From: Octopus sinensis
Taxonomy: Eukaryota
Direction of reading: 5' to 3'
Length of the DNA stretch: 64,000 bases
NCBI RefSeq assembly: GCF_006345805.1
Contig: NC_043009.1
Coordinates: forward strand, 1,550,001-1,614,000
The first letter of the stretch is position 1. Every line of letters starts with the position of its first letter. The notes under the pieces were generated by a model, which had not been told where the DNA came from, did not search any database, and saw nothing but the letters and a program-made list of their open reading frames with translations. The translations under genes and the position numbers were made by a program. Positions 13,546-25,780 of this stretch are shown piece by piece.

Positions 13546-13685
13546 AGGGGGAGGGGAGGGGAGAGAGAGACTGCAAGAGAGAGAGAGACAGAGATAGAGA
13601 TAGACAGAGAGAGAGACAAAGAGAGAAATAGACAGAGAGAGAGAGAGAGACAGACAGAGAGAGAGACAGAGAGAGACAGACAGAG

Positions 13686-13716
<31 letters not shown>

Positions 13717-13912
13717 GAGACAGACAGAGAGAGAGACAGACAGAGAGAGAGAGAGGCAGAGAGAGAGGGAGAGAGCAAGAGAGCGAGAGAGAGAGAGCAA
13801 GAGAGCGAGAGAGAGAGAGAGAGAGAGCAAGTGAGACAGAGAATGAGTGAGACAGACAGCCAATAAGTGACAAGCAGAGAAAGAGACAGAGAAAGATAGA
13901 CATACAGATGGT

Positions 13913-13946
<34 letters not shown>

Positions 13947-14263
13947 AACAGGCTGACAGATAGATGGATAAGTAGGCAGAAGAACAAATACATACATTGT
14001 TCAAAGACCCCCCCCCATGACAGCCAGCTTTCCATGGTCAAGATAAGTCCTGCCTAACCAGGGAAACCCTGAGAGTGAAGGGTTGGATGGTTTCATTTCT
14101 TTGTTTTTTGTTTCTTGTTTCTTTTAACAAGTGTCAAAGCCACCAAATGGCCTCCTGCCTCAGAAACACAGAAGAGAGGAAAGAAATAGCAGCAACCAGA
14201 TGTGAAATCCATCAGAGATTAAAGGAGGTCAGAGAAGTTACAATGAATCCTTTGTACGAACTA

Positions 14264-14295
<32 letters not shown>

Positions 14296-17196
14296 GAGAA
14301 GGCAGTGAGCTGGCAGAATCGTTAGCATGTGGGGCAAAATGCTTGGCATTCTGAGTTCAAATTCTGCTGAGGTCGACTTTGCCTTTCATCCTTTCGGGTT
14401 CAATAAATTAAGTACCAGTGAAACACTGGGGTCGATGTAATTAACTAGTGCCTTCCCCAAAAATTTCAGGCCTTGTGTCTCTAACAGAAAGGATTATCAT
14501 CATTATTATTGTTGTTGTTGCTGTTGTTATTAGGCAGAGAGTCGGTAGCATTGTTAGTCCTGTGGACAAAATGCTTAGTGGCTTTTCTTACAGCTTCATG
14601 TTTTGAGTTCAATTTCCACTGAGGTTGAAAAAAAAACAAACAAGGAAGAATCTGCCCAATACTGGAACTGATGCAGTCAATTTACCCACCCTCAACAGCA
14701 CTAGCCTTGTGCTCAAATTTGAAACTCGTAGAGCAGAGCATCCAAACTGGGGCGATTAGACCCTTGCATGACCACTCAACATGTCCTGTTGCTGTTATTG
14801 GCCGTTTGCAGTGCCATGCCTCTTCTGCTGAGAGTTGTGGGAATAGGAAATTGGAAGAACCAAGTGAGACAGGCTCTGCAATATGTATGTTTCTTGCCCT
14901 AAAGATACCCTTTATGGTGAGAAACCCAGGGTAACCCCAGAAACAGGCCTTCACCAGTAATAACTATATATCATCATCATTGTTTAACGTCCTCCTCCCA
15001 TGATGGCATGGGTTGGACGGTTCGACAGGAGCTGGCCAAGCAGAGGGCAGCACCAGACTTCTGTGTGTTTTGGAATGGTTTTTACAGCTGGATGCTCTTC
15101 CTAGCACCAACCATCAAGCAGAGTGGACTGAGTGCTTTTTACATGGCACCAGCACATTTGAGGTCTGTTTTGGCAAGGTTTTTACAGCTGGATGCCCTTC
15201 CAAATATCAACCACTTTACAGCGTGGACTGGATGATAATTATATGGCACCACTGGCAGGATCAAGTAACTTGCAAGACAAAAAAACCCATTTGAGAGGAG
15301 AAAGGGAATTGGAGGAGGTGACCTTGTGTTGGAAGATGAAAGGTTGGAGTGCAAGAGAGAGACAGAAACAGACATCTTGCTGTGGAGGAGGTACATGGTT
15401 ACTGGCCATATATATGAGAGGTATTGGTATTCAGAAGACCCAAGATGGCAGGTAAGGCTATGTAAGTGCTACAAGAGGGCCATAGTTAGACTCAGTTCAA
15501 CAATAATACAAGTGAGGAGTCTAATGTGGGTCTTGCATGAGCATGTGTATGTGAAATAAAATGAGACAACCTTGGTTTTGTTGTCTCATTTTATGTCACA
15601 CACACACACACACACACACGTGTATATATATATATATATATAGGCACACATACATACACGGCAAGCTTATTTCAGTTTCAGTGTACCAAATCTTTGGTCA
15701 GCCTAAGGCTATAGCAGAAGACATTTTCTCAAGGTGCCATGCAGTGGGACTGAACCCAGAACCATATGGTTGAGAAGCAAACTTTTACCATACAGCCACA
15801 CCTCATATATGTATGTATTTGGATGCATGTTTGCATGTGTGACTGTGTGTGCCTGTATGTATATGTTTATGTGCATGCATGATGTGTGTGTCTATGAGCG
15901 TGATCTATGTTTGATTGTATGTGTGTATCTGTGTGAATGGAATGTATATATGTATGCATGTCTGCTCCTGTATAAGTGTATTGTTTGTTTGTGTGTGTGT
16001 GTGTCCATGTATATGCATATTTGCATGTGTTTCTGTGATATTTTTGTGTGTGAATGTACGATTTCATTTGCATGAGCAGGTGTGTACATGAATAGGTAAG
16101 CCTGTCAAATATTTTGGTGTATATGTGTGTATGTATGAGAGAGTGAGAGCGTGTGTATACATGTGTGAGTGTGTGTGTGTGTAACAGTATATGTGGTTGT
16201 ATGTTTGTTTTGCAAGTTAGTTTCAACATTCCTTATTTCCAAAATTACAGCCCTCCTTAACGACATACCTTCACTGATTACTTGCTACCTGCTCAATGCA
16301 AATGTTGCCGCTGCTGCTGATGATGGGAATGTTGATGATGATTGTGATGATTACCATAATGATTGTGACGACTGATGATGATGATGATGATGATTGCAAT
16401 GATGATCAGGATGGTGATGATGATGATGATCACGAAGATTTCTTTTAAACACAAATTCCACATTAACTAACCTAATATTTAACTCTGCTATTCTTTCACC
16501 ACCACCACCACCACCACCAACCACCGTAGTAACAGCAACAGCAATAACACTTGCATAAGCTCACTCACCTGCAAATACATGTACACACACACATTCGTAC
16601 ATACATATGTAGAGAGAGAGGGAGAGACAGGATAGGAGAGAGAGAATAGGAGAGAGAAAGGATGGGAGATAGAGAAAGGGTGGTAGAGAGAGGATGGATG
16701 GGGGAGAGAGAGGAGGGATGGGAGAGGGAAAGAGCGAGAGAGAGAAAGTAAGAGGGAGAGAGAGGAAAGACATTAAAAAAAATACACACATGTTCACATT
16801 CAAACACTCACTCATGCATAGATGTACACTGAGGTATACACAGCCACTCACATCTACTGCCAAAGACATACAGCAGAAACACCCATACACATACAGACAC
16901 ATGCACACACACACACACATATAATGATATACACGTGTGTGTGTGTGTGTGTGCAGACATCTGAATATATACATATGTAGGTAGGTGTGCATATGTTCAA
17001 ATATATGTATGTGTGCGCATGTGTGTATATATACATATTTACATACACACACATATTTATATATATATAATATATACATGTATGTATATGAGCATATGTG
17101 TAAATGAATATATACATATATATGTGTGTGTGTGTGTGCTGTATATGTGTGTATGCTAATGTATTGGTGTGTGTGTATATATATGCTAATGTATTG

Positions 17197-17229
<33 letters not shown>

Positions 17230-18287
17230 CACACACACCAATACATTAGCATACACACATATACAGCACACACACACACACACACATATATATATAATGA
17301 TGTACAGTTGTGAATGTGTGTATATGTATGTATGCATGTGTGTGTGTGTGTGTATATAGATATATGTATCGGTATATAGATATATATATGTGCATATAAA
17401 CATATGTATGCATGCGTATAAATAAACATATTTACATACAATCAGTCTTGCAGAAGTATACGACGCATAAACACGTACACACACAGACCAGCACACATGC
17501 ATATCCAAACACATACATGCATGTACACACACACACACACACACTGAAGACCATATGTACAACTTCTCACCACATTTCCAAATCTCTTCAGCACAAAAAT
17601 GCCTTCACCTTTCGTCCTTTATTTATTTTGGTTTTGTTTTGTTATATTTTTGTAGCATTTGTTTGTTTTTTTATGTATTATATACTTTTTATTAAAATAT
17701 ATTTTAATTTCTTTTTCTCCCCCAATTCATAGAATTCCTGCATCTATTCAAAACGGTATCCATGGATCTTCAGCTCATCCAACACCTTAATGATTCTCCC
17801 AAGCCATGATTTCCAACATAAGCACAGGACATTAAATTTGAGGGAAGGGGCATTGTCAATTACATCCATCCTCCATTACTTGACATATACCTTATTTTAT
17901 TGACCTGGGAAGGATGAACAACAAAGTTGACCTCAGCAGGATTTGAACACAGAATATAAAAAAAGCCACCTACAAGGAATTTTGTCTGTTAATGCTCTCC
18001 TGATTCTGCTCTCATCTGAAGTTACGCTTCTGAGCTGATGTGTGAATATACTTTGGCTTCTTAATCAGCTTTGATCATTAAAAATATGCTTTCATCTCCA
18101 TAACTGTTCTAATTACCATTTGGATGGTGTCCAAGATAAATAGAAGTGGGTATAAGTGTGTCTGGTAACAGCAGGGGCTGTGTGGGTTGGAGACTGCTGT
18201 GGCCAAATAATGTATCCTCACTTCCTTCACTTTACATCTGCCATCGAGATGAGGCAGGTGAAGGGAGAGAGAGAGAGAGAGAGAGTC

Positions 18288-18730
18288 TGTCAAGGCTGAC
18301 AGGAAGCGTTGATGCTTCCTAGGGCTAAATAGCAGTGGTGTGATTCCCTTCATGGGACTGTCACATTAAGTTGACAGTATACAACTACTCTATCATACCA
18401 CTACTGCTTATATCTCTCTGAGATATTTAGAAATGTAATATTTATATTTTTGTAATCAGTGGATTTATTTCACTAGAATTCTTATATGTTTACAAGGGCT
18501 AGACAGGCATCTCCAGGTAGCAGGCCATGCTACTCCAGACTGATGACTCAGAAATTAGTCTCAGGATGCAGGCTTAGCTGGGTGGAGGTCCTTGTATCCG
18601 CCTTGTAAACATAAGGACACAGGAAATGTGTCAAGGCCGACAGGAAGCATTGATGCTTCCTAGGGCTAAATAGCAGTGGTATGATTCTCTTCATGGGACT
18701 GTCACATTAAGTTGACAGTATACAACTACT
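18288..18730 (+). mobile_element. Retrozyme-like or Penelope pLTR-like element: 341-bp unit plus 102-bp repeat of its start
   Basis: 18288-18389 and 18629-18730 are direct repeats (4 mismatches in 102 bp, offset 341) flanking the hammerhead core; many hairpins; bounded by (GA)n and (TA)n. Confidence 0.5.
18534..18566 (+). ncRNA. Minimal type I hammerhead-like motif at the apex of a 135-nt hairpin
   Basis: tccaga-CTGATGA-ctca-GAAA-ttag-TC-tcagga. Stem I pairs at 5 of 6 positions and extends into a long rod (18481-18615). Near-palindromic stem III (attagt), GUC triplet, no stem II. Confidence 0.5.
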
Positions 18731-18733
18731 ATA

Positions 18734-18761
<28 letters not shown>

Positions 18762-18764
<3 letters not shown>

Positions 18765-19525
18765 GAAGGTGCAGTTATTGTCATCTAAATTATGCAAAAA
18801 TGAAAATAACACTAACATCTCATTTTAACAGATATATTTACCAAAATTATATAAAAACATCTGGAAATACCAAAGAGTTAATTTATTCAATAATATTGCC
18901 ATTGGCTTCAACCACAGCTTCCAGACGACTTTGGAATCTCCTGCAACTCTTCTGGACAGTCTCCTTGTTTAAGTTGGTAAATGCTGCTATAATCCTTGCC
19001 TTCAGTTCATGTTTGGAGTTTTGTTGGTCTCTCGCTCAACTGCACACCTCACATAATAATAAAGGGGGTTGCAGTCTGGGGTGTTAGGCAGTCACCTTCT
19101 TGACCCAAGGAAGCATTACATCCTCCAGGCACTTGATATAGACATCTATGTCGAGTCTGAGGACATGTGGGAAAATGAATGGGGGCATAATATCATCACT
19201 AGTGATCCCTCCAAACACCATGATGTTGACTGGATGTTTGATTTTTATTACTCTCGGTACATGTTTTGGGGACATGGCAAGCCAAACATTGTTCTGTGTG
19301 TTCACCATCTGTTCATATTGGAACTTCTGGTGTGAATGCCAAGCAGTACAGCATGTTGTTTCCAAATTTCTTACAGACTGAATCACGTCATGGTGCTGTT
19401 TTTCTCACAGACGGTGCCCAACTGACCCTACTATACTGTATAGTTGGCAAAATCAAAAACAAACAATTTGCATGTGCGAAATTAATAATATAAAACGGCA
19501 ACAATTTACCCATCACACCTTGTAT
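18762..19525 (-). mobile_element. Internally deleted Tc1/mariner-superfamily (maT/DD37D-like) element
   Basis: ORF 19084..19386 (QNNVWLA..KHPVNIMVFG.ITSD.IMPPFIFP..YIKCLEDVMLPW) plus C-terminal AVERETNK...ELKARI.AAF..L...V.KSC.RF.SRLEAVVEANG.IIE. TIR-like end near 19490-19525. Confidence 0.85.
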
Positions 19526-20009
19526 ATGTGTGTGTGTGTATACATAATAAAGCTTGTTTACAATATATTTATTGCATATCATAAATTGTAAATAGCTTTG
19601 AAAAGGGGAAAAAAATAATCTTGGATTAAGATTATTAGATTATTTTTAGATAATCCCCTAAAAACATGACATTAAGCAATGGCAATAAACTGAAGTGTAA
19701 ACAAACTAGATTTATTTCATTGTTTTGAGTATTTGTCCAAGAATTAAACAATTAAGCCATGCTTCTAGACATATTGTTATGATTCTTGTTCAGTCATTCG
19801 TGTGTATGGGTGTGTGTGACTGTGTAACTGTGCATGTCTGTATGTGTCAGAGAGAGAGAGAGAGAGATGCTGATGATAAAAGCTTTATCAGTTTCAAAAT
19901 TTAGTTTAACAACTCCATCATCATACTTTTGATTTTTAAAAAAAGTATAACTCTCTTCTTTCACTCTATATGTGTGTGTATATATGTGTGTATATATGTG
20001 TGTATATAT

Positions 20010-20362
20010 GGCCAATTCGTTGCCAGAGCAACCACTGGCTTCCGTGCCAGTGGCACGTAAAAGGGCACCATTCGAGCGTGATCGTTACCAAAGTCGCCCT
20101 ACTGGCACCTGTGCTGGGGGCATGTGTAAAAGGATTCGAGCGAGGTCATTGCCAGTACCGCCTGAATGGCCCCCATGCCGGTGGCACGTAGAAAGCACCC
20201 ACTACACTTTCGGAGTGGTTGGCGTTAGGAAGGGCATCCAGCTTTAGAAACTCTGCCAAATCAAGATTGGAGCCTGGTGCAGCCATCTGGTTCGCTAGCC
20301 CTCAGTCAAAATCGTCCAACCCATGCTAGCATGGAAAGCAGATGTTAAATGATGATGATGAT
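20010..20362 (+). mobile_element. Retroposon 3' region ending in (GAT)n, with internal ~65-bp repeats
   Basis: ggcgttaggaagggcatccagc...ccaacccatgctagcatggaaagcagatgttaaatgatgatgatg. Copies at about 41560-41725, 46565-46992 and 53290-53607 (+), and 10113-10830 and 14970-15290 (-). Confidence 0.8.
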
Positions 20363-20593
20363 ATGTATGTATGTATGAAACAAAACATGAAAATGGAAAT
20401 TTTTTGATATTTATTCTCCATTACATGTGTTTCATTTGCTAATTGGAATTACAAAGATTGACATGTTAGACATGTAAGAAATTTGGCATTAGAAATTCAT
20501 CAGACAGAAAATTACATGTATGTGTGTGTGTAAAGATCCATAAGTCAGGAAAAAGATGCACTCATATATCTGTCAATAGAGAGGGTATATTAT

Positions 20594-20709
20594 CTGAAGT
20601 GTACAATATCATACATCCATCACAGCTGATATATCGGTTACCTCTGATGAGTGTAGGGTCATATAATCGGATTGTGAAACCGATGGATATATGATACTGC
20701 ATATTTCAG
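20594..20709 (+). ncRNA. Degenerate hammerhead core enclosed in a 28-bp imperfect hairpin
   Basis: CTGATGA at 20644-20650, GAAA at 20676-20679. Shares ctgatgagtgtagggt.a.ataatc.ga.tgt with the 22062 motif. Arms 20594-20621 and 20682-20709 are complementary. Cleavage triplet lost. Confidence 0.4.
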
Positions 20710-22061
20710 GTTATATATGTGTGTGTGCGTGTGTATTTATTGTCACACTAAGAGGCAGTGCATGGTAAATATTTGAAATGTTTTAACTGAGGAAGATCTT
20801 GTATAATGGATGCATTTCCTGTTATATATTACAGACCTGAAATGTACATAATAAATGATATCTAAATATTACTGTTTGGCTTGACTTCATTATTACAACT
20901 TATATGACTCAATGTCCGTATAAAACCAGCCAGTTCAGACTCCACTTTATATATGGCATGGCTGTGTGGTAAGAAGTTTGCTTCTCAACCACATGGTTCC
21001 GGGTTCAGTCCCACTGCATGGCACCTTGTGTATCTTCTACTATAGATTCAGGCCAACCAAAGCCTTGTGAGTGGATTTGGTAGAAGGAAACTGAAAGAAG
21101 CTGGTCCTCTATGTGTGTGTGTGCGTCTGTGCGTCTGCAGAGTAGTTGCTGTAAAAACCCTGCCAAAACAGACAGAGTAGCCTAGAGTAGTTTTCTGCCT
21201 CCCTGGCTTCCGTCAACTGTCCTATCCATGGAAGCATGGAAGATGGGCTTTAAATGATGATGATGATGATATAGATACACACACACACACATGATGGGCT
21301 TCTTTCAGTTTCTATCTACCAAATTCACTCACAAGTCTTCAGTTGGCCCGGGTTACTGTAGAAGACTTGCCCAAGGAGTCATGCAGTGAGATTGAACCTC
21401 AAAAAAACCCATGCTGCTTGAAGCAATCTTAACCACACAGCCACACACACACGTATATATATATAAACTCAATCGAAAAGAAAGTTCTCAAGTTCTGAGT
21501 TGATGGAGAAGGTGGTGCAAAGAAAAAAGAAATTACTATTATCAGATTACAAAACAGGAGACACATTTCTGCAATAACAGAGTAATAATACTCTTGTAGA
21601 ATTTGCAGGCAAGTTTACAGCAGCTCTGTGGAACTTGGCACAATATTGTTACCATAGTACGAAAGATGTCATTATACAAAAAAAAGAAAATGTACTTTTA
21701 CGCAAGAACCAAAGTGCCAAAATCTACAACACCTTCTTTATTCCTCTTCCTGTAACTCTTGTCAGTTGTCAAGCGATGGTAGGTGGGTGGGACAAACACA
21801 GAAACAAGGACATAAATATATGCATACATGATGGGCTTCTTTCAGTTTCCATCTATAAAATCCATTCATGGCCTTTGTTCAGCCTGGGGCTACAGTAGAA
21901 GACACTTGCTCAAGATGCCATGCAGTGGAACTGAACCATGAACTATGTGCTTGGGTAACAAGCTTCTTACCTCACAGTCACTCCTGTGCCTATACACACA
22001 CACACACACACATATATAGCAATCAAAATGTACAGTATTATATATACATGACAGCCAATAT

Positions 22062-22138
22062 TACCAACTGGTTTCACACTAGGGGTTCAACAATGTTAGG
22101 TAACAGTCAGATTATGTAACCCTACACTCATCAGGGTA
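22062..22138 (-). ncRNA. Type I hammerhead-like motif, same family as the motif at 20644
   Basis: Minus strand: tacc-CTGATGA-gtgtagggtt...aacccctagtgt-GAAA-ccag-TT-ggta. Stem I 4 bp; loop ccag is plausibly ccgg after CpG decay. Confidence 0.5.
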
Positions 22139-22471
22139 GCTATTATGGAATGAAACATGGTGACTGCTCTCTATTGTTGGAGGTGCATATACACATCCAG
22201 TTAGTGCTTGCTGTGAAAAAGATTATGAACAAATTGAGCAGGGAATTGAGTTAAGAGTTATGCCCCTTGGTACCAAAACATCATCTCTGGCGGAGGGGGG
22301 GGGTTGCCAGTCGGCAAGAATCCTCTGGAAAAGAGTTTGTGGGAAATGCGTGTGCCTCTAAGGCTGGTGTTCATGTGGAAATGTGTGTAGTGGTACTTAA
22401 TGTATAGGCTTTTCAGGGAGAAGAAGGGGGGGGGCATACAGATCTGAGTTCGTAAGTGTTTTCTTTCTTCA

Positions 22472-22887
22472 TTTTTACTTTATTCTTTTGTTTCAGTCAT
22501 TTGACTGTAGCCATGCTGGAGCACCACCTTTTAGTCAAACAAATCAACCCCAGGGCTTATTCTTTGTAAGCCTAGTACTTATTATATCAGTCTCTTTTGC
22601 TGAACCATTAAGTTACAGGGATGTAAACAGACAAACATCGGTTTTCAAGCAATGGTGTGGGAACAAACACAGACACACAAACGCACATACACACACACAT
22701 ATATATATATATATATACACATTACGACAGGTTTCTTTCAGTTTCCATCTACTGAATCCACTCACAAGGCTTTGGTCAGCTCAAAGCTATAGTAGAAGAC
22801 ACTTGCATAAGGTGCCATGCAGTGGGACTGAACCCGGAACCATGTGGTTGGTAAGTAAGCTACTTACCACACAGCCACTCCTGCACC

Positions 22888-22888
<1 letters not shown>
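22472..22888 (-). mobile_element. SINE family A
   Basis: Reverse complement of family A. Further copies or fragments at about 1-100, 2230-2365, 9215-9365, 15660-15800, 20955-21110, 21820-21990, 28700-29115, 54892-55175, 57025-57190 and 60985-61365. Confidence 0.85.
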
Positions 22889-22923
<35 letters not shown>

Positions 22924-23485
22924 TATACACGCACACACACATATATATATATATGAATGTGTGTCTGGTGCAACAAGTCCATGGTTTGCAATTGTCTTAC
23001 TAATTACTCGATACTAGCAATAATAGTTAAGAACACAGAATACAGAAGCACACGGCAGGTGGAGCTGCTGTGCATTTGTGTGCGTGGGAGAAGGGAGGTG
23101 CAAGGTACTTAATTACCAGTGTTCCTTCAACACCAAAATAGAACAAACCATCCTCTTTCCAAACCCCACACGAAATAGAGGATAGAGACGGTGGCGGGGA
23201 GGGCACGGGGAGAAGGGGTGGATAAGAACAAAGGGATATAGAGAAAAAAAAAATTAAGAACCTCCCCCACTAAGACTACCTCACAAATCCCCCCCCCATT
23301 CCTGTTCTACACCTGACATCCACTACCACCACCACCACCACCATCATGGCCCACAACTGCTTGTCCTGCCCCCACCCCCATCCTCAGCTACTGGTGGTTT
23401 TACTTGGCTATTTAGAGAACCCTATAATTTTGCCCTGGACCTTCAAGAAATACCAGCAGACCAGTGATACTGTGACATCTAGTAT

Positions 23486-23507
23486 TGACCTGATGACCTT
23501 TTGACCT
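23486..23507 (-). promoter_or_regulatory. Triple AGGTCA half-site with DR2-DR2 spacing
   Basis: TGACCT-ga-TGACCT-tt-TGACCT. Confidence 0.3.
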
Positions 23508-24559
23508 CACAAATACCTGACATTAGGAAACTGTGACATTTTGGTTAATGATGATAGAAGGTGGTAGTGGTGGTAGTAGTAGTTAGAGGTAATTGTAGTA
23601 GTAGTAGTAATGGAAGTGGTGGTAGTAGAAATGGTAGTGGGAGTAGTAATAGTAGTAGAGGTAATTGTGGTGGTGGTCAGTGCAGTGGTTGTGTGAAAGT
23701 ACCACCATGAGTATGAACACTATATCACAGCAATTAGTAGTGACAGCGTGGTGATGGTGGTAGTAGAATTAGTAGTGATGATGGAAGTGATTGTGATAGT
23801 AGTAGTAGTAGTGGTGGTGGTGGTGGTGGTGGTGTGACCTCCAGGGGTAATGATTGAACACCACCAGTACAATAAAGATTGTATCAAAGTAATCGATGGC
23901 AATGTTGTGACGGTAGTGGTGGTGGTAGTGGCAGTTGGGGTAGTAGTGGTGGCATGTAAGTCTGATTATGATAGTAGAGACAGAGAACACAGTTGTGACC
24001 ATATTGATAATGGTTTCAAATTTCGCCACAGGGGCAGTAAATTTTGCACTAAGCATTTTGCCTGGCGTGCTACCGATTCTTATTTCTTTATTGCTGACAA
24101 GGGGCTGAACATAGAGGGGACAAACATGGACAGACAAAGGGATCAAGTCGATTACATCGACCCCAGTGCGAAACTGGTACTTAATTTATTGACCCCCAAA
24201 AGGATGAAAGGTAAAGTCGACCTCGGTGGAATTTGAACTCAGATTGTAAAGACAGATGAAATGCCGCTACGCATTTTGTCTGGCGTGCTAACCACTCTGC
24301 CAGCTCACTGCTCCGTGTGTGTATTTCTGTATGCATGTGTTTCCTTGTGTGTGTGTGTGTGTGTTTCCATGTGTGTGTGTATGTGCACGTGCATGTGTTT
24401 CTATGTAAATGCAAATTTCTGGCTTCCCTCCTACCCACCTCCCAATATGTGTGCCATGACAACGATAACGAAGTATGGCTGACAAACGAACGTTAATAAA
24501 ATGCATATAAAGTGGTACCCACCCACCCTTCCTCCTCCCTCCCTCCCTCCCTCCACCAC

Positions 24560-24720
24560 CTTCCTCTGGGAATACTTCGAAGATGAGATGATGACGATAA
24601 AATGCACGACAATATGTCGACATATCAGAACGTGCCACTGCTGAGCACCTCTGGGAGAAAGAAATAAGCTCTTGGCAAACCGATTCTCTGGTCAAGGACA
24701 TTTTCCTGAGCTTATGGCAC
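24560..24720 (-). mobile_element. Possible L1/Tx1-like LINE 3' fragment
   Basis: RKMSLTRESVCQELISFSQRCSAVARSD...LIFEVFP; weak resemblance only. Confidence 0.3.
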
Positions 24721-25274
24721 CAAAGCCCTCAGGGAAAGAATATTTACACTAATATTTCATTCCATGTCATGCGAGTTTCAATCAAGAGAACCAGCTACAC
24801 GAACCAAACTGCATGCGTATGTGTGTGAGAAGGTTCTAAGTGGTCTTTTGGTCTGCTAGAAACAGAAGCCAGATTTCCCTCAAATCACATATTACTGTCT
24901 CGTAGATTCCTATATATGAAGGTAGGGGTTGATTTGTTTGAACACACAAAAAAAACAAAAAAACTTTCGTGGCAGTACTCCAGCATGGCCACAAGTAAAA
25001 GATAAAATTGTATTTACATCTTTTATCTGATTCATTTCAGTCATTGGACCGTGGTCACGCTGGAGCACTTTTTTAAGAGTTTCAGTTAAACAAATCAAAG
25101 CCCTGTACTTATTTTTTTAAGCCTGGTACTTTTGCCAAACCACTACATTGGAAGAATGTAAACAAACCAACAATGGTTGTCAAGTAGTTGTGGTAGTGGT
25201 GGTGGGGAACAAGCACATACACACCAACGTGTGTGTGTGTGTGAAGAACTGGAAAAAATACTGAAAGCCCTTCT

Positions 25275-25780
25275 GGAGTGGCTGTGTGGTAGGTAAATAG
25301 CTTGCTTCCCAACCACATGGTTCCAGGTTCAGTCCCACTGTGTGGCACCTTGGGTAAGTGTCTTCTACTATAGCCTCGGGCAGACCAAAGCCTTGTGAGT
25401 CGATTTGGTAGACGGAAACTGAAAGAAGCCCATTGTATATGTATACATATTTACATATTTGGGGGGGGGGATAAACACAGACACACGAACATATACACAC
25501 ACACGAACATATACACACACATCATCATCGTTTAACGTCTGCATGGAAAGCGGGTGTTAAATGACGATGATGTATGTTTGTATTTCTGTTTTGTCCCCAC
25601 AACATCGCTTGACAACTGATGCTGGTGTGTTTACATCCCTGTAACTTAGCAGTTCGGCAAAAGAGACAGATAGAATAAGTACTAGGCTTACAAAGAATAA
25701 GTCCTGGTGTTGATTTGCTCAACTAAAGGCAGTGCTCCAGCATGGCCACAGTCACATGACTGAAACAAGTAAAAGAATAA
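25275..25780 (+). mobile_element. SINE family A with a rearranged, inverted centre
   Basis: Head 25275-25440 and tail 25572-25780 are colinear with family A; 25461-25572 is an inverted insertion. Confidence 0.8.

Noticed and set aside
16561-17562. 333-aa ORF and other long ORFs (6540..7208, 7637..8296, 13388..14041, 30599..31132, 35385..35906)
   Set aside because: Translations of (CA/TA/GA/GGT)n microsatellites (VCVC, HTHT, LSLS, poly-V); no splice signals or domains.
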